This document shows positions 21,715 through 31,560 of a stretch of DNA of 64,000 nt, piece after piece. The number at the start of each line of letters is the position of its first letter. Within the stretch, counting starts at the first letter, position 1. The DNA lies in contig CAWBKP010000020.1 of NCBI GenBank assembly GCA_963789395.1, forward strand, positions 1 through 64,000, written 5' to 3'. Below the pieces are notes generated by a model that made no database searches, had not been told where the DNA came from, and saw only the letters and a program-made list of their open reading frames with translations. Position numbers and translations under genes: made by a program. The stretch is from an uncultured delta proteobacterium. Lineage in GTDB: Bacteria > Desulfobacterota > Desulfobacteria > Desulfobacterales > Desulfatirhabdiaceae.

Positions 21715-22357
21715 TTATTCAACAACGCCTGCGGTCGCCAGCGCCAGATACCGGACCAGGGTCAGCCCGGCCTGCTCCATGTTCCTGCCAAAGGCAACGA
21801 TGCCGTCTTCGTGGCCGCCCATCGCAAAAATCTTCAGTATGCTGACCGGCGTGCTTTGAAACAGCCGGCTGACTTCTTCCGCCATTTCAGGTGTGCCATA
21901 CGGGGCGTTTGGATTTGTTTGCGGCAGTCCGATCGCATCCGCCTGAGACCAGATCTGTGGTGAATGTGCATGAATCACGGCGCCGATCGTATGGTCCAGG
22001 CGATAGAGGCTTCCATGGGTCAGCGATTCAGAAGAAGGCCGGACAATCCCTTCGGCGACAACGCTGTTGGTAGCAGGATCACAGGATTTTACAAGGCTGT
22101 AATGCTCGGGGGAAAGCCGATCCATGCCGCCGGTTTGCGTGCCGCTGATAATAAATGAAACGGCATTGCCGGATGCCAGCCGGATGCTGACATTTCCAAA
22201 CCCCAAGCCCCCGTAACGGCAGCGGGTCCTGTCCGATCAATCCAAGTCTGAATAGAATCTGCCGCCAGGCGTTCAGGCTGCCAAGCATGGCCGCAGGCAG
22301 CGGATCTGCCGGGAAAAAAGCCAGGTTGAACTGAACGACGCCTTCCTGCAGCGTCAT
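21715..22357 (-). CDS. Class II aldolase/adducin family protein; frameshift near 22210
   Basis: GFGNVSIR, PSSESLTH, VIHAHS, YGTPEMA and GHEDG motifs; N-terminus (EGVVQF...WRQIL) lies in the adjacent frame. Confidence 0.8.
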
Positions 22358-22977
22358 GGTGCGCCTGCTGAAGCGGGCACATGGGCATAGGCTTCAGCCG
22401 GAATAATGGAAAAATCAGTTTTCCCGGGCAGTTTCCAGTGCATTGCAATGGCAGCCGTGCCTTTTCGCTGAAAATACTGAATCATGACCGGGTACCAGCC
22501 TGGTTTGGGAATATCCAGCACCACTTTTGGCGATAAGCGGTCGGAATGGACATTCGGGTCCACCAGAATGGTTTTTTTGCAGAGTTCAACCCGGATGCCG
22601 TCATTGGATAATGCCATCATTTCATATTTTCCGGCTTCGGAAAATTTCAAAAAACCATTCATTTGAATGCCGATGCCCCGGCTGACACCGCTGTCAAAGA
22701 CCATGTCTTCTTCGCCGAAACTGTGATTGAGAAACAGAATGGGCTTGCCTGTTTTTTCCGTTGTCGTTTTAGGGTCCAGTACCGGCATCTGATCAATATA
22801 TCTGAAAAATTTATAGATGTAGATAGCTGACAGACCGGGCTTGAGCGCCTTGTCGTCTGATAGCTCCCTTTCCGGGACAAGGCCGCCGATCTCAGCGGAT
22901 TCCGCGGCCACCGCCTGTCCCACTCCTGCCAGAAGCATTATCACGCTTATTAATAGGATCGACTTTCTAAGTTTCAT
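22354..22977 (-). CDS. Secreted PA14-domain protein
   Basis: Signal peptide; GFLK....G.Y....SNDGIRV and GWYPVMIQYFQ..G..AI..HW motifs. Confidence 0.75.
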   Translation of the reverse strand: MKLRKSILLISVIMLLAGVGQAVAAESAEIGGLVPERELSDDKALKPGLSAIYIYKFFRYIDQMPVLDPKTTTEKTGKPILFLNHSFGEEDMVFDSGVSRGIGIQMNGFLKFSEAGKYEMMALSNDGIRVELCKKTILVDPNVHSDRLSPKVVLDIPKPGWYPVMIQYFQRKGTAAIAMHWKLPGKTDFSIIPAEAYAHVPASAGAP

Positions 22978-23219
22978 AAATACTCCTTCTGCTTTTTATC
23001 AATCGCTGGAAACTGTCAGCATCATATCGGATTCCAATTAAAATCACAATGTCATGATTTGATGAAAATTCCTGGTCCGTGTGCAATACCCTGTCTTTAC
23101 AGGCTGTAAAGAACATTGACAGATTTCAGGTTTCCCGACATCCATTCATTTAGGATGCGCCATGTTTTATCTTGCTAATATATATGGTTAAATGCCTTGT
23201 TGACCTGTTTTTGTTCAAG

Positions 23220-23235
23220 TGGCATGTGGATTGCT
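23220..23235 (+). promoter_or_regulatory. Sigma-54 (-24/-12) promoter
   Basis: TGGCAT-GTGGA-TTGCT, 55 bp upstream of the histidine kinase start. Confidence 0.7.
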
Positions 23236-23290
23236 TTTGTGTTTATAATTGTGGCGTTTCGATATGAATCCACAGAGGTGAGCCATCCCT

Positions 23291-24952
23291 ATGAAAAAAT
23301 CTTTATATAGCAGCCTGAGAAGAAAAATCATTTCCCTGACACTGGCCGTATCGCTTGCCCCATTGATTCTGCTGGGTGCAACCATTTATTACCAGTTCGA
23401 AAAAATGTACAAAGAAAAAATTGAAGAGCAGATCAAATACCGTTCCCAGTCTCAGGCCGAGGCGGTTGACCGGTTTTTGAAAACCCGAATGGCCATTCTC
23501 GGTTCAATGGCCGATACGCATTCATTCTGGCAGATGACCGATGAAAATAACCTGTCTCAGCTCTTTCATATCATGAATCTGCGTCAGGGCAATTTTGTGG
23601 ATCTCGGCGTGATTGACAATACCGGCCAGCACAGAGCCTATGTGGGGCCTTATGATATAAAAAAATTCAATTATTTTCACGAACCCTGGTTCGATGAAGT
23701 GATGAGCAAAGGGATTTACATCAGTAACGTATATACCGGCTACCGGAAACTGCCGCATTTTATCATTGCGGTTCGCCGGCAGGAAAATCAGCAGACCTGG
23801 ATACTTCGCGCAACCATCGATTCTGAGGTCTTGGGCGAAATCGTCGGAGCCGCCCAGGTCGGAAAAACCGGGGACGCGTATATCGTCAATTCAGAAGGCA
23901 TATTTCAGACACGGCCCCGATTTGACGGTGAAATCCTCTCCAAGTCGATGATCCATCCGTCCTTATTCGGCAGCGGTACGACGGTGATCACTGCCGACAG
24001 TAAAAATGGAAAACGCTCTCTTTACGCCGGAAGCTGGCTTAAAAACAACAAATGGCTTCTGGTTATCAGCCAGGAAATCTCCGATGAGATGGAAAACCTT
24101 TTTGCAACCCAATATATGGAGATATTTATTATCCTCTCCGGGGTGATGGCTATCATTCTGACAACCGTATTGACCACCCGGATGACCATTAACCGGCTGA
24201 TTTCCAATGATGGCAAAATGAATGAGCTGAATGCCCAGCTGATGCAGTCGGATAAGCTGGCGGCCCTGGGGAAAATGGCTGCCGGTGTGGCCCATGAGAT
24301 CAACAACCCGCTGGCCGTGATTCTGCAGAAGACCGGCTGGATGGAAGACCTTCTTCTTGAAGAAGATTTTCAGGGCAGCAGCAACCTTGAAGAGTTCAAG
24401 GTGTCCATCCGGAAAATCGAGGAGCATGTGGAACGGGCGCGAAAAGTGGTTCACAACATGCTGGGCTATGCACGAAAGATGGAGCCCCATCTGGAGGATG
24501 TGGACATCAACGATACCATCAATCAGACGATCAGTCTGCTTGAGAACTATGCAAGAAACAACAATATCGATATCCAGACCGATCTTTCTTCGCGCCTGCC
24601 CATCATTGCCAGTGACCAGGCCCAGTTGCAGCAGGTATTTCTGAATCTGATTTCAAATGCCATAGACGCCATTGGAAAGGACGGCCTGATTGAAATCACC
24701 AGCCGGATTTCCGGAGAGCAGCTTACCGTCAACATCAAAGATGACGGGCCGGGAATTCCGGAGGACAAGCAGAAGCGGATATTCGACCCATTTTTTACAA
24801 CAAAGGAAGCCGGGAAAGGAACCGGCCTGGGGCTCTGGGTCAGTTACAGCATTATCGAAAAACTAGGCGGCAGAATCAGCCTGAAAAGCGAGGTCGGAAA
24901 AGGGGCACTTTTTACGGTTGAAATCCCGATCACGACGCCAGAAAAAAAATAA
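23291..24952 (+). CDS. Membrane sensor histidine kinase (Cache-like periplasmic domain, NtrB-type)
   Basis: Two TM segments; H-box AHEINNPL; N-box NLISNAIDA; DDGPGI; FDPFFTTK; GTGLGL. Confidence 0.92.
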   Translation: MKKSLYSSLRRKIISLTLAVSLAPLILLGATIYYQFEKMYKEKIEEQIKYRSQSQAEAVDRFLKTRMAILGSMADTHSFWQMTDENNLSQLFHIMNLRQGNFVDLGVIDNTGQHRAYVGPYDIKKFNYFHEPWFDEVMSKGIYISNVYTGYRKLPHFIIAVRRQENQQTWILRATIDSEVLGEIVGAAQVGKTGDAYIVNSEGIFQTRPRFDGEILSKSMIHPSLFGSGTTVITADSKNGKRSLYAGSWLKNNKWLLVISQEISDEMENLFATQYMEIFIILSGVMAIILTTVLTTRMTINRLISNDGKMNELNAQLMQSDKLAALGKMAAGVAHEINNPLAVILQKTGWMEDLLLEEDFQGSSNLEEFKVSIRKIEEHVERARKVVHNMLGYARKMEPHLEDVDINDTINQTISLLENYARNNNIDIQTDLSSRLPIIASDQAQLQQVFLNLISNAIDAIGKDGLIEITSRISGEQLTVNIKDDGPGIPEDKQKRIFDPFFTTKEAGKGTGLGLWVSYSIIEKLGGRISLKSEVGKGALFTVEIPITTPEKK

Positions 24953-25025
24953 TGGTGATGCAGCGGATCGGGTCTGAGCGGAAAATCTAATTTATATAAA
25001 CATTCTCATTGAAAACACTCAGTAT

Positions 25026-25161
25026 TGATGGTTTCACAAAAAGTCAAAAATCACACCATCTCGTCATTCCGGCGAAAGCCGGAATCCAGTGTTTTTCGGA
25101 TAGTAGCTGGAAGACTGGACACCGGTTTTCACCGGGGTGACGGCTTTTTGCGAGATCATCA
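25026..25161. mobile_element. MITE-like element enclosing a REP-like inverted pair
   Basis: Terminal IRs TGATGGTTTCACAAAAAGTC and GGCTTTTTGCGAGATCATCA; internal CGTCATTCCGGCGAAAGCCGGAATCCAG ... CTGGACACCGGTTTTCACCGGGGTGACG. Confidence 0.7.
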
Positions 25162-25163
25162 GC

Positions 25164-25220
25164 TTTGAGCATGGTGATTTTGGACATTGTTTTGAATTTC
25201 GGGTTTCGATATTCGTATAT
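25164..25220. repeat. Heptamer-repeat arm (right-arm orientation), same family as 1588-1708
   Basis: TTTGAGCATGGTGATTTTGGACATTGTTTTGAATTTCGGGTTTCGATATTCGTATAT resembles 1653-1708. Confidence 0.7.
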
Positions 25221-25296
25221 ATGCTTTACGGACTTTCCATTCAGGCATTAGTTAAAAAATGATTGTCATGATACATTACTACAATACGGGGTGATT

Positions 25297-25719
25297 ATGG
25301 AACGGTTCAAGGTTCTGGTAGTGGATGACGAGCAGGACTTTCTGGAGACACTGGTCAACCGGCTGGTGAAGCGGGACATTGATACCATCGGGGCATCCAG
25401 CGGAGAAGAAGCGTTAAAAACCATGAAAGACAACTTGTTTGATGCGGTCGTTCTGGATATTAAAATGCCCGGCGGGATGGATGGTATCGAAACCCTGCGA
25501 GAGATGAAAAAAATTCAGCCCCTTGCTGAAATTGTTTTGCTGACGGGTCATGGTTCGGTGGAAACCAGCATCGAAGGACTGAAACTGGGCGCCTTTGATT
25601 ATCTGCTGAAGCCGATCAAACTGGAAGAGCTTCTGGTCAAGCTGTCTCTGGCGTTTGAAAAAAAAGATCTGCATTCACATAAGATTCGGAACATTAAGAT
25701 CAAGGAATTGCAGCGGTAA
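25297..25719 (+). CDS. Response regulator, stand-alone receiver domain
   Basis: VLVVDDE, VVLDIKMPGGMDG, LLTGHG and YLLKP. Confidence 0.9.
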   Translation: MERFKVLVVDDEQDFLETLVNRLVKRDIDTIGASSGEEALKTMKDNLFDAVVLDIKMPGGMDGIETLREMKKIQPLAEIVLLTGHGSVETSIEGLKLGAFDYLLKPIKLEELLVKLSLAFEKKDLHSHKIRNIKIKELQR

Positions 25720-25763
25720 TGAAACCGTGATCCAGTATCCATAACCATTAAACAGGACGGCTC

Positions 25764-27248
25764 ATGATAAGAAAAGATTCTTACCCCGTATTAACAGCTG
25801 AAGAAGCGGTTTCCTTCATTCAACACGGCAGCACGGTGGCATTCAGTGGATTTTCTCCGGCCGGCGCGGCAAAAGCAGTGCCGGTTGCGCTGGCCAATCG
25901 AGCAAAACAGGAGCATGAGAGAAATCGTCCGTTCAAACTGAGAATTCTAACCGGTGCATCCAGCGGTCAGAGTATCGATGATGAACTGGCCCGGGCTGAC
26001 GCTGTCGCCTGGCGCGCGCCCTATCAGGGAGAGACCAGTTTAAGACAAAAAATCAATAGCGAGCAGGTTGAATATGTGGACATGCACCTTTCCCATCTTC
26101 CCCAGATGCTGGCATACGGGTTTTTGGGAAAGCTGGATGTTTCCGTTGTCGAAGCCACGGAAATCACCCGGGATGGCCGTGTATATTTGACCTCATCCAT
26201 CGGCGCCTCTCCCACATTTTTAAAATATGCGGACAAGGTCATTATCGAGATCAACAAAAAACACTCCCACAGGCTCAGGGAAATGGCGGACATCGTCGTG
26301 ATGCCGCCCCCGCCGCATCGTGACCCCATTCCGATTTACGAACCGATGACCCGGATCGGATGGCCTTATGCAGCGGTCAATCCGGAGAAAGTCCTGGGGA
26401 TCGTCGTAAATGATGAGCCGGATCACGTTGGAGAATTGCCCCCGCCGGATGGGGTCAGTCATCTGATCGCCGCGCATGTGGTTAAATTTCTGTCCGATGA
26501 AATCACCGCCGGCCGCCTGCCGAAGAACCTGCTGCCGCTGCAGGCCGGCGTCGGCAGCGTGGCCAACGGGATGATGGCGGCTCTGGGAGAACATCCGGAT
26601 ATCCCGCCGTTCAGCATGTATTCGGAAGTGTTTCAGGATGCCATGGTGGACATCATGGCCAGCGGAAAGCTGATCGGTGCCAGTGCGACCAGTCTGACGG
26701 TTTCCTGGCCCAAATTGCAGGAAATTGTCGGGAACATGGATTTTTTTGCTCCCCGGATTGTGCTGCGGCCCCAGGAGATATCCAACCATCCGGGAATCAT
26801 TCGCAGGCTGGGAGTCATCGCAATGAATACGGCGCTGGAAGCCGATATCTACGGCAATGTCAACTCCACCCATCTTTATGGCATGGATGTGATGAACGGC
26901 ATCGGCGGAAGCGGCGAATTCACCCGAAACGGGTATCTGAGCCTGATGATGACGCCGTCCATTGCAAAAGGCGGAAAAATCTCCGCCATTGTTCCCATGT
27001 GCCCTCACATTGACCACAATGAGCATTCGGTCCAGGTGCTTGTCACGGAACAAGGCCTTGCAGACCTTCGCGGGCTGGGCCCCAAGCATCGGGCCGAAGC
27101 CATCATCCGAAACTGTGCGCACCCCATGTATCGGGACTATCTGAGCGCATACGTCCGTGATTCCCGCCATGGCCATATTCGACATGACCTGATCCGATGT
27201 TATGAACTTCACCGGAATCTCATGGACCATGGCGCCATGTTGTCATAA
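25764..27248 (+). CDS. Succinate/acetate CoA-transferase (acetyl-CoA hydrolase family, YgfH/Ach1-like)
   Basis: SGFSPAGAAK, DMHLSH, LQAGVG.VAN, EADIYGNVNSTH, NGIGGSG.F and VTEQGLADLRG. Confidence 0.9.
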   Translation: MIRKDSYPVLTAEEAVSFIQHGSTVAFSGFSPAGAAKAVPVALANRAKQEHERNRPFKLRILTGASSGQSIDDELARADAVAWRAPYQGETSLRQKINSEQVEYVDMHLSHLPQMLAYGFLGKLDVSVVEATEITRDGRVYLTSSIGASPTFLKYADKVIIEINKKHSHRLREMADIVVMPPPPHRDPIPIYEPMTRIGWPYAAVNPEKVLGIVVNDEPDHVGELPPPDGVSHLIAAHVVKFLSDEITAGRLPKNLLPLQAGVGSVANGMMAALGEHPDIPPFSMYSEVFQDAMVDIMASGKLIGASATSLTVSWPKLQEIVGNMDFFAPRIVLRPQEISNHPGIIRRLGVIAMNTALEADIYGNVNSTHLYGMDVMNGIGGSGEFTRNGYLSLMMTPSIAKGGKISAIVPMCPHIDHNEHSVQVLVTEQGLADLRGLGPKHRAEAIIRNCAHPMYRDYLSAYVRDSRHGHIRHDLIRCYELHRNLMDHGAMLS

Positions 27249-27265
27249 GGAAAACAGGCTGAAGC

Positions 27266-29107
27266 ATGAAATCTGAAAAGGATGATTGGATGGAGAATTC
27301 ATCGCTGGAATTGAAATTGCCGGCAGCCAACAACCTGGCAATTCACATACTGGAACAGACCCGCAAATACGGCGACAAGGTGGCCATGCGGTGTAAACGG
27401 GATGGCCGGTGGCAGGAAATCACGTGGCATGCGCTGGGCGAACAGCTGCATGCGGCGGCCAGGGCGCTTCTGGAGCTGGGCTTGAATGAAGGCGAGATGA
27501 TCAGCATCTTCTCACCCAATATGCCGGAGTGCACCATCGCCGACGTTGCCTGCCTCAGCATCCGGGGGGTCCCGGTCTATATTTATCCCACCAATCCGGC
27601 CAGAACAGCCGAATATATCGTCAATGACTCCGAGTCCAAAATGATCTTTGTCGGCACCCAGGATCAGTATGACAAGGTCGTTTCGTTTGTTTCCGGGTCT
27701 TCATGCCTGAAGAAAATCATTGCTTTTCGAAAAGAAATCAACCTGAACGCACATCCGATGGCCATGTATTTTGATGATTTTCTGGATCTGGGACAAAGCT
27801 CATCCAAAGGTCCGGAAATTACCCGCCGGCTGGGGCGTGCTTCCAAGGACGATCTTCTGACGCTGATCTATACCTCCGGCACCACGGGCGAGCCAAAAGG
27901 CGTGATGCTGACCCATTCCAATATGTTTCACAGTGCGGCATCACACGACATTCGCCTTCTGGATCCAAATGACCTGGATGTTTCGCTGTGCTTTCTTCCC
28001 CTGTCCCATGTGTTTGAACGGGGATGGACGTATTATGTTCTGCACCGCGGCATGACCAACAACTACCTGGAAGATCCCAAAATGATCATTGAAGCCATTC
28101 AGGAAGTCAAGCCCACCATCATGTGCGCGGTGCCGCGATTCTATGAAAAAATCTACGCTGCGGTCTTCCACCGTTTAGAGGCTGCCTCTCCCCTGAAGAA
28201 ACGGCTTTTCGAATGGGCGCTTGCCATCGGGGCCAGACGAAACGATTGCATCAAGGACGAGCAGCCGGTTCCCTTTTTTCTGGAAGCCCGGTATCGCCTT
28301 GCCGATGTGCTGGTCTTAAAGAAGATCCGGGATATCGTCGGCGGCAGAATTAAATTTTTTCCCTGTGCCGGCGCGCCGCTGTCTCAAACCATCGAAGCGT
28401 TTTTCTATGCTGCGGGCATTTTTGTCTGTTACGGGTATGGCCTGAGTGAAACAACGGCGACGGTGACCTGCCACGAACCCCGTCATTTCAAGTTCGGTCT
28501 GGTGGGAAAGCCCATGCCCGGTGTTCAGGTCAAAATATCCGCAAAAGGGGAAATCCTGGTCAAGGGCGGCACGGTCATGAAGGGATACTATAAAAAACCG
28601 GCTGAAACAGAAGACGTGTTTGAGAACGGGTGGTTCAAAACCGGTGACGCCGGAGAGTTTGATGACAATGGCGAGCTTCGCATCACAGACCGCATCAAGG
28701 ATTTGATGAAAACCTCGGGCGGAAAATATATTGCGCCCCAGTATATCGAGTCGGTCATCGGCGGCGACCATTTTATTGAGCAGATTGCCGTAATCGGCGA
28801 CAACCGGAAGTATGTTTCGGCGCTGATTGTGCCGGCCTTTGAGGTATTAGAGGAATATGCCGCAGCTCACCAGATCCAATGGACATGCCGGGAAGATTTG
28901 ATCCAGCACCCTTCCGTTATCGCGCTTTTCCGCAGAAGAATCGAAGCGTGCTCGATTGATCTTGCCGGGCATGAAAAGATTATCCGGTTCACCTTGATGC
29001 CGGAAGAATTTTCGATTGCCGGCGGCGAGATTACCCCGACCATGAAAATCAAGCGCAAGAATGTGGTCAATAAATTTCAGGGGATTATCGACGGCATGTA
29101 TTCATGA
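27266..29107 (+). CDS. Long-chain fatty acid-CoA ligase (AMP-binding)
   Basis: LIYTSGTTGEPKGVMLTH, FLPLSHVFER, GYGLSET, GWFKTGDAG and TSGGKYIAPQ; start could be 27290. Confidence 0.9.
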   Translation: MKSEKDDWMENSSLELKLPAANNLAIHILEQTRKYGDKVAMRCKRDGRWQEITWHALGEQLHAAARALLELGLNEGEMISIFSPNMPECTIADVACLSIRGVPVYIYPTNPARTAEYIVNDSESKMIFVGTQDQYDKVVSFVSGSSCLKKIIAFRKEINLNAHPMAMYFDDFLDLGQSSSKGPEITRRLGRASKDDLLTLIYTSGTTGEPKGVMLTHSNMFHSAASHDIRLLDPNDLDVSLCFLPLSHVFERGWTYYVLHRGMTNNYLEDPKMIIEAIQEVKPTIMCAVPRFYEKIYAAVFHRLEAASPLKKRLFEWALAIGARRNDCIKDEQPVPFFLEARYRLADVLVLKKIRDIVGGRIKFFPCAGAPLSQTIEAFFYAAGIFVCYGYGLSETTATVTCHEPRHFKFGLVGKPMPGVQVKISAKGEILVKGGTVMKGYYKKPAETEDVFENGWFKTGDAGEFDDNGELRITDRIKDLMKTSGGKYIAPQYIESVIGGDHFIEQIAVIGDNRKYVSALIVPAFEVLEEYAAAHQIQWTCREDLIQHPSVIALFRRRIEACSIDLAGHEKIIRFTLMPEEFSIAGGEITPTMKIKRKNVVNKFQGIIDGMYS

Positions 29108-29111
29108 CATG

Positions 29112-29711
29112 TTATTCTGTACCAGTTTTCTGTGCAAGTGCCTGGACCAATGCCTTTCCGGCTTCAAAGGCTTCTGCAAGATATTCCGGATGTTTCAGTA
29201 CATCCCCTTCAAAGTCCAGTCCCCGATACAGAAGGGAATGCCAGAGTTCCGCATCCAGCACATCCAGAAAAAACTTTACCGTCAGCAGCGGACCTTCAAA
29301 CAATTTTTTGCCTCGGGTTGCGCCCACGGAAATAAACAACCCCTTTCGTTTCGGCTCCCATTTCCCATACTGAATTTTATCGATCCAGTATTTTTTCACC
29401 CAGAGAGACTGGCATCGGTCCATGAATATTTTGGTATGGGCGCTGACGGTATAGAAAAAAATAGGGGATGCCAGCATGACGCCGTCAGAAGCCAGCAGGA
29501 GATCCTGGATCTTCTGGAAATCATCCTGAATGACGCAGCGGCCGGTTGACTTGCAGCCATAGATTTCCAGGCAGGGGGAGATCTTTAAATCCCGTAAAAA
29601 CACTTCTTCAACATGCGCGCCTGCTTCTCTGGCGCCCTTGACTGCTTGCTTCAGCAGCAAATCGGTATTTCCGTCTGCCCGGGGGCTCCCGAAAATGGCG
29701 ATGATATTCAT
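29112..29711 (-). CDS. Flavodoxin-fold iron-sulfur flavoprotein / NADPH-dependent FMN reductase family
   Basis: GSPRADGNT, PCLEIYGCKSTGRCVIQDD and ASPIFFY...K.FMDR. Confidence 0.85.
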   Translation of the reverse strand: MNIIAIFGSPRADGNTDLLLKQAVKGAREAGAHVEEVFLRDLKISPCLEIYGCKSTGRCVIQDDFQKIQDLLLASDGVMLASPIFFYTVSAHTKIFMDRCQSLWVKKYWIDKIQYGKWEPKRKGLFISVGATRGKKLFEGPLLTVKFFLDVLDAELWHSLLYRGLDFEGDVLKHPEYLAEAFEAGKALVQALAQKTGTE

Positions 29712-29936
29712 TGCGATGTCTCCGTCTCGATATCCTGTCTGATTGAGGTTTTAAAATGAAGTTTTGAGAAATTCCGATAGTTGCCAAAAAAATGTTGAAT
29801 TCTTGAAAAAAAACGTTAATAGAATAACCATATCATTTTTCAGTAAATGGATCAATTCATCCCATTCCCCTTTCTCTAAGGGCGGAAACGCGTTTCCTCT
29901 TCTGATGTTCTTTCTGTAATGAATTGCGGAGAACCC

Positions 29937-30371
29937 ATGATACCCGCATTAAAAACAGAAAAGGCAAAATCCGGCTTCACCCTGTATGAAGTCATTGTGG
30001 TGATGGTGATTATTGCCGTTTTGTCTGCCATTTCAATTCTCAATTACTGGGCCTGGGTTCCAGGAATCCGTCTGAATGGCGCGGCGCGTCAGGTGATGAG
30101 CGATCTGGTTGCGGCGCGGATGGCTTCCGTCAAAGAAAACGACAGCGTTGCGGTATCGCCTGTGGGCAGCCACGCGTATGCAATCTCCGTTGGAAACGGT
30201 GCTGCGACCATCAAGAATTTGCAGGCGGAATACCCGGGAACGAATCTTAACTTTACCACCATCATATTCTCCTCGAGGGGGACAACTTCGCCCCGCACGG
30301 TAACATTGCAGAATTCCAGCGGCATCAAGAAGATTACTGTCGCGATTACCGGCCGGGTCAAGATAAATTAA
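29937..30371 (+). CDS. fimT: FimT/GspH-like minor pilin (cluster 1)
   Basis: Class III signal KSG|FTLYEVIVVM; SDL..AR..SV, IFSSRG and ITVAITGRVK; start approximate. Confidence 0.75.
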   Translation: MIPALKTEKAKSGFTLYEVIVVMVIIAVLSAISILNYWAWVPGIRLNGAARQVMSDLVAARMASVKENDSVAVSPVGSHAYAISVGNGAATIKNLQAEYPGTNLNFTTIIFSSRGTTSPRTVTLQNSSGIKKITVAITGRVKIN

Positions 30372-30450
30372 TGCTGCAGGGACTGATTTGCCGGAACGTA
30401 ACCGCCGGTTTCAACCATCATCTTGGAGGTCGATGTGTGAAATGATTTGC

Positions 30451-30855
30451 CTGATGCGCCATATCAACAACACTCGGGGGTACAATCTGATAGAGGTGTT
30501 TATCGCCATGGGTGTGTTGTCGATTGTATTGCTGGGGATGGCCGGTCTGATAAACATTACCGTAAGCATCAACCGCAACAGCGCCGAAAAGACGATGGGG
30601 ATTACCCTGGCTCAGGATAAAATCGAGGAAACGATTGCAAAGGGGTATGGTAAACTGCCTGCAGCGGATCAGACCGTTACCGAAGCCTATGGCGATATGG
30701 CGAATTATCTGCCATACAGGCGTATTACCGACATCAAGATCAACAAACCGGATACGGATATCAAACTCATCACGGTGGATGTCTACTGGAACAACGATAC
30801 CCGGCGGGTCCGGCTCCAGTCCCTGATATCCGATACCGGCCCGGAATTTCAGTAG
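30451..30855 (+). CDS. pilV: PilV-like minor pilin (cluster 1)
   Basis: TRG|YNLIEVFIAMGVL; LAQDKIEE; K.ITVDVYW; start approximate. Confidence 0.7.
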   Translation: MMRHINNTRGYNLIEVFIAMGVLSIVLLGMAGLINITVSINRNSAEKTMGITLAQDKIEETIAKGYGKLPAADQTVTEAYGDMANYLPYRRITDIKINKPDTDIKLITVDVYWNNDTRRVRLQSLISDTGPEFQ

Positions 30856-30919
30856 GCAATCTCCGTCACATTATTCTTCAATATTTTCGTATGAAGGCAG
30901 ATATCCGGAGGCAACCCGA

Positions 30920-31534
30920 ATGCCGAATGTTTCCGTCAACTCCTCACGCGGGCTGACGCTGATTGAATTGATGATCGCCTTATCAATCGGGATGGTCGTT
31001 CTGGGGGCGCTCACCTCAACATTTATCCTCCAGAGAAAAGCATACCGCATGCAGGAACAGGTCATTGAGATGACGCAGATCGCAAGGGCTGCAATGGATA
31101 TGATCGGCCGGGAAGTGCGCATGGCCGGATATTTCGATTCCGCAAATCCCATGCAGCGCGTCAATTCCGCCGATCCCCGTTTTGTGGGTATCCCTGTGGC
31201 AATTTCCCGCCTGGAAATTCTCTCGGATCTGACCGGAGACGGGGATACCGACGATGTGAATGAGCATATCATCTATACTTTTGATTCCCCCAACCGGATG
31301 ATTCGAAGAAATACCGGCGGCGGGGCTCAGCCTTTTGCGGAAAACATTCAAGCCTTTTCATTCATGTATTTGGACGCGAATGGTAACCCGGCGCCAACCG
31401 ATGCCGCGATACGAAAAATCAGAATCTCCATTACCGCAAGAACGATTCAATCCGATGCCCTTCATCCGGAAAAGGGCGCCGGAACGCTGACACTTGTGGA
31501 AGACGTCTTCCCCCGTAATCTGGGGTTGCGGTAA
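30920..31534 (+). CDS. pilW: PilW-like minor pilin (cluster 1)
   Basis: SRG|LTLIELMIAL; ARAAMD.I.REVRMAGY; C-terminal V.PRN. Confidence 0.8.
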   Translation: MPNVSVNSSRGLTLIELMIALSIGMVVLGALTSTFILQRKAYRMQEQVIEMTQIARAAMDMIGREVRMAGYFDSANPMQRVNSADPRFVGIPVAISRLEILSDLTGDGDTDDVNEHIIYTFDSPNRMIRRNTGGGAQPFAENIQAFSFMYLDANGNPAPTDAAIRKIRISITARTIQSDALHPEKGAGTLTLVEDVFPRNLGLR

Positions 31535-31560
31535 CGGGCCCCGACCAGAAAGGACCTTGC

